NCBI RefSeq assembly: GCF_002571385.2
Contig: NW_019218183.1
Span: forward strand, 227,993-291,992
Direction of reading: 5' to 3'
From: Stylophora pistillata
Taxonomy: Eukaryota
Length of the DNA stretch: 64,000 nucleotides
Positions 60,366 through 64,000 of the stretch are shown piece after piece. Position 1 is the first letter of the stretch, and each line of letters starts with the position of its first letter. Under the pieces are notes generated by a model. The model did no database searches, had not been told where the DNA came from, and saw only the letters and a program-made list of their open reading frames with translations. The position numbers were made by a program, and so were the translations under genes.

Positions 60366-63300
60366 AAATTAAGTTTTTACTCAAAAATCAAGATGAAAGA
60401 CAAAAATCGCTAAATATTTTCGCATGCGTACAAATGGGCGTGCAGATCATATTTCAAAAGGGAATATGCAAATTTGTCCATGAGTGAAGAGATCTCAAGT
60501 TCAATGGAATATTCTATCAATGGGAAGCAAGACAAAAGTGACCAAGAAATATTTTGGGACAACAAATTTAATCAAAACAGTTTTTGATTTCCTGTTATAA
60601 GCGAAACACGTACAATTTTCTTACATGAACAAAGCCCACGCAGTACAATTCATCATGCTTAGATTGTTTTTACTTGCTTTCATGGCCAGAAAATTGCTCA
60701 GCGTTATGTCGAAAATTCTGAAAAAACTTCAATTTGATGCAAAATCTTCCATTAAACAATACTTTTTGAACACATTGTTACTCAAACATAATACCAACTG
60801 GGCCATTGAATCATCAAATTGTCACTAAGGCCCTGCTCGAAGTCCAAATGTTTGGTTTGCACTTTACGTTCATAATTTGCTTCGCCTTAGAGAATCATAG
60901 TGTCATTGACTCAAGAACTTATTGACTGTCACCTTTAAGACCTTGTTATCCATTATTTTCCAAGTGGAGTATTCTATAGCATTGCTACTTTACATTCTGA
61001 GTTCCACAAGGTCTAACTCAATCACAAATGAACAAAAACTCTGACCTGAAACTTTTGAGGGTTGGTCGCACAGGTGCCATATTTTCAAATTTGATAGAGG
61101 ACACATAGAATAATGCCCCTCTAGTACCCCCTAAAGCCATCAAAATATATGCACAAACAACGGATTCTGATTGGTTTATTGACCTCTAAAGCACTGAGGA
61201 AGTTTGGGGACAAAACTCTGCTTAGTAGGGGAGGTAGGGGGGAAAAGCCTTTTCACACGAGCCAATCGCGCCGTTCAGGCGGTTCAGGTGTCAATGTGTT
61301 AAATGTTATAATTACCAGAGAACCCCGGAACAGAGTCTCCATCCACTGGCATCATCTCTTGTGTGTCATTATAGGTGGTTAGATGATCTATTTCTGCTCC
61401 CTGTTGGTGAAAACAGGTATCAGTGTAATTATATATCATATTTTGTGACTTACTTGTCACAAAACAACTACACTTCAACTGCACTCACAGTGTAATATTA
61501 ACATTATCACAGAGTTTGACCTCAATGCAATGTTTAAGAAACTACCTGTACTCTGCAACTACAATTTTCCATTATTTACAATATATTGTGCGCAGTTACA
61601 TAGATTTTGAAGCAGACACTTAAATTTCAGACACCTTACCATAGACTGGATTCTTAGCCACATGTATGACTCTGAAAAAGAGAGTGTTACAATTAGAAGT
61701 ACAATCAACAAGACACCTGATTCACAACTTCATTTCCAGGAGCAAATTAGAGTGGCCAAAAAAGCATGTAGACAAAAAACATTGTCAATGTACCTGTCCC
61801 AAAATAGAGATTTAATTCTGCTCTGGGTGATTAAACCCTTATGTGTCAATACTGGATGATCCTTAAGGCTCATCAGCAGATTTTTTGTTTCCCTAAGGTG
61901 TTTCATCATTTCTGAACACCCATACTCCTAGTGGAGATGTTGTTTTCTGAGTTTGACTTGCCAGTTTGACTTACAGTTTCGAGAAGTGGACTCATCCCTT
62001 AACATAAGCTTGCCTTCTCATCTTGTCAGCTGTCTGTCGACCTCTTTTGACTTGTGGTTTTACAAGTTTGACTCATCTCATTGACAATATCCGTTTGTCT
62101 TCATATGTAGTTTGTTGTTTTACCCTTTCCTCATAGCATATTTTCATCATTTTGTTATGGCATTTCATTGTTTCAACTTGTTTGTGTAAACCACAAGACT
62201 GAATTGATCGACTTTAATCAACGAATACTTAATCAGAAACTTCTAACAGTGACAGAATAAAACGGGGCAGCCACGCTTAGTAAAACGACACAATGAGTAC
62301 ATAGCAAGTACAAGTTTCGACATGGCGGTTCTCTCATGCACTCGAGAACATGTTTTTTAACTGTCTCTGCGCATGTGCCGAATGCACACCGCAGGTTAAT
62401 AATATTGCGGTCTAGACTACTAGTCACCAGATTCCACATTGTTTGCTCAGAGGGGCTATAATTCAACTTAGATCACATGTGGTACGTGTTACTTTATTTC
62501 ATGCCCTTATACATGAGATATACATCCATATCTGCTCCACGCAGACTGAAAAATTTAAATTTGGCAAAATTTATACAGAGGCTGAATGCTAATAGCAAGT
62601 GCTTATACTAATGCTAGAAAACTTGAACTTCTACAAATTAGCAATAAATGACATCTTGACCTAGTGTTATTTGTCACATAATCCAAGATTTTAGCATGCA
62701 TGTTTTCCTTTGAATGTTTTGTAAAGATAAATGTGTAAGTGATGTTTTTTCATCCCAAGCCACAGGAATACTGACTTAGATAAATCAAACATTGGTGTAT
62801 AACAACAGTTAAAAAAAAAGACATATCAGTAAAATTAACTCAATTATCTGATGTAGCTATTAGGGAGTTAAATCTATAGCTATTAAATATATAGCTATTA
62901 GGGAGTTAACCTCTGGGTTTTAGTCCAGAGAAACTTCCCTTACCAAAAAAGATGGCCTTGAAGTATACTTTAAGTATACTACAAGTATACTGCATCAATA
63001 GTGGTTATACTGCAATCATACTTCAATAATACTTCAATAGTACTGCACTTACTTAAGTACATCTGCAGTACCCTTTCTGAAGTACACTTTAAGTATACTG
63101 CTCAAGTGAAAATCATTACTTTTTTTATTTATTTTTTCCTGGGTGCGGTGATAATAGAAAAGTTTCTATTTTTCTCGATCAGGCTCTTTGAACATCGCAG
63201 AAGTACGTTAGAAGTTGGATTCTGTGTGTGCCCTGGACGCCATGGTAAGAAAACTGAGAGCCTTGATCTGTTTTTACATTTGTCAATCAAACATGTAGTT

Positions 63301-63639
63301 TTTGCCAAAGCAACCTTTTTTCCAAGTTGGTTTTGAGCACATACATGCCTTTCTTCTACAATTCATGAAAAATAAAATCAGCTTAAGGTTACTACTTCCC
63401 ACTTTCGCACCGCAATGAAAACTCAAGCATGTGCTTTTGTTTGCAAAGTATTTGGCAACATTAGCTTTGTTCTTTTCAATGAGTTTGCGTTGGAGAAATT
63501 TACCGAATTGGCTCTGCTTTACGGCAAGAAGTGAAGGCTCTTTAACACAGCGACCACAAAATGTGATGGTTTCGCGAATTCTTCACACTCGCTGACGTCA
63601 TGCCCCCCAGCAGATCACTATCTTGCTGAAACCACCAAA

Positions 63640-64000
63640 AATACAAACTGCAAATGGAACAGCGTAATGTAGAATGGCACAGCGTACATACAAACAGTGT
63701 AGCGTTGCGTGAAATGGCCAAGCGTGATGTCGCATGGCACAGCGTACACACAAATGGTGTAGCATTAAGTCACTAAACCGTTTGTGTGTACGCTGTACCA
63801 TTCCACATTACGCTGAGCTATTTCACGCAACGCTACACTGTTTGTATGTACGCTGTACCATTTGATACTATGCCGTACCATTTGACATTAGGCTGAGCCA
63901 TTTTGCACAACGCTACACCATTTGTGTGTATGCTGTACCACTTCACATTACGCTGAGCCTTTTCATGCAAGGCTACACTGTTTGTATGTACGATGTACCA
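63640..64000. repeat. ~60-bp minisatellite in two opposite orientations
   Basis: TTTGTATGTACGCTGTACCATT(CC)ACATTACGCTGAGC..CACGCAACGCTACAC repeats from ~63780. Reverse-complement units lie at ~63645-63765. Runs off the window. Confidence 0.8.

Overview
Eukaryotic, intron-rich animal DNA. It is inferred to be cnidarian, probably a stony coral, from the repeat families and GPCR type. There are three N-gaps. Conserved genes, in order: 3' part of symplekin (SYMPK, +), sorting nexin 6-like (SNX6, -, 15 coding exons) head-to-head with DPY30 (+), and intronless HDHD3 (+). Between SYMPK and SNX6 lies a lineage-specific region. It holds an intronless orphan class A GPCR and a ~17 kb tandemly duplicated array of five small minus-strand genes: four intact 86-100 aa ORFs and one pseudogene, plus a probably deleted sixth slot. 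All five end in RR-(Y/Q)PQI(H/N)DERF(G/E)-stop, which suggests an undescribed RFamide-type peptide precursor family; small palmitoylated membrane adaptors are the alternative reading. The region also has an intronless gene resembling the bacterial DUF1444/YtpQ family, a candidate horizontal transfer. Repeats include AcademH-like DNA transposons with 9-bp TSDs (one carries a RecQ helicase relic and duplicated the HDHD3 start codon, another disrupts an array gene), piggyBac- and Kolobok-like MITEs, CR1/L2 LINE fragments, an R4/Dong-like element in a TAA microsatellite, tRNA-derived SINEs, and Penelope fragments with decayed hammerhead ribozymes. All family assignments are by eye; no searches were run.
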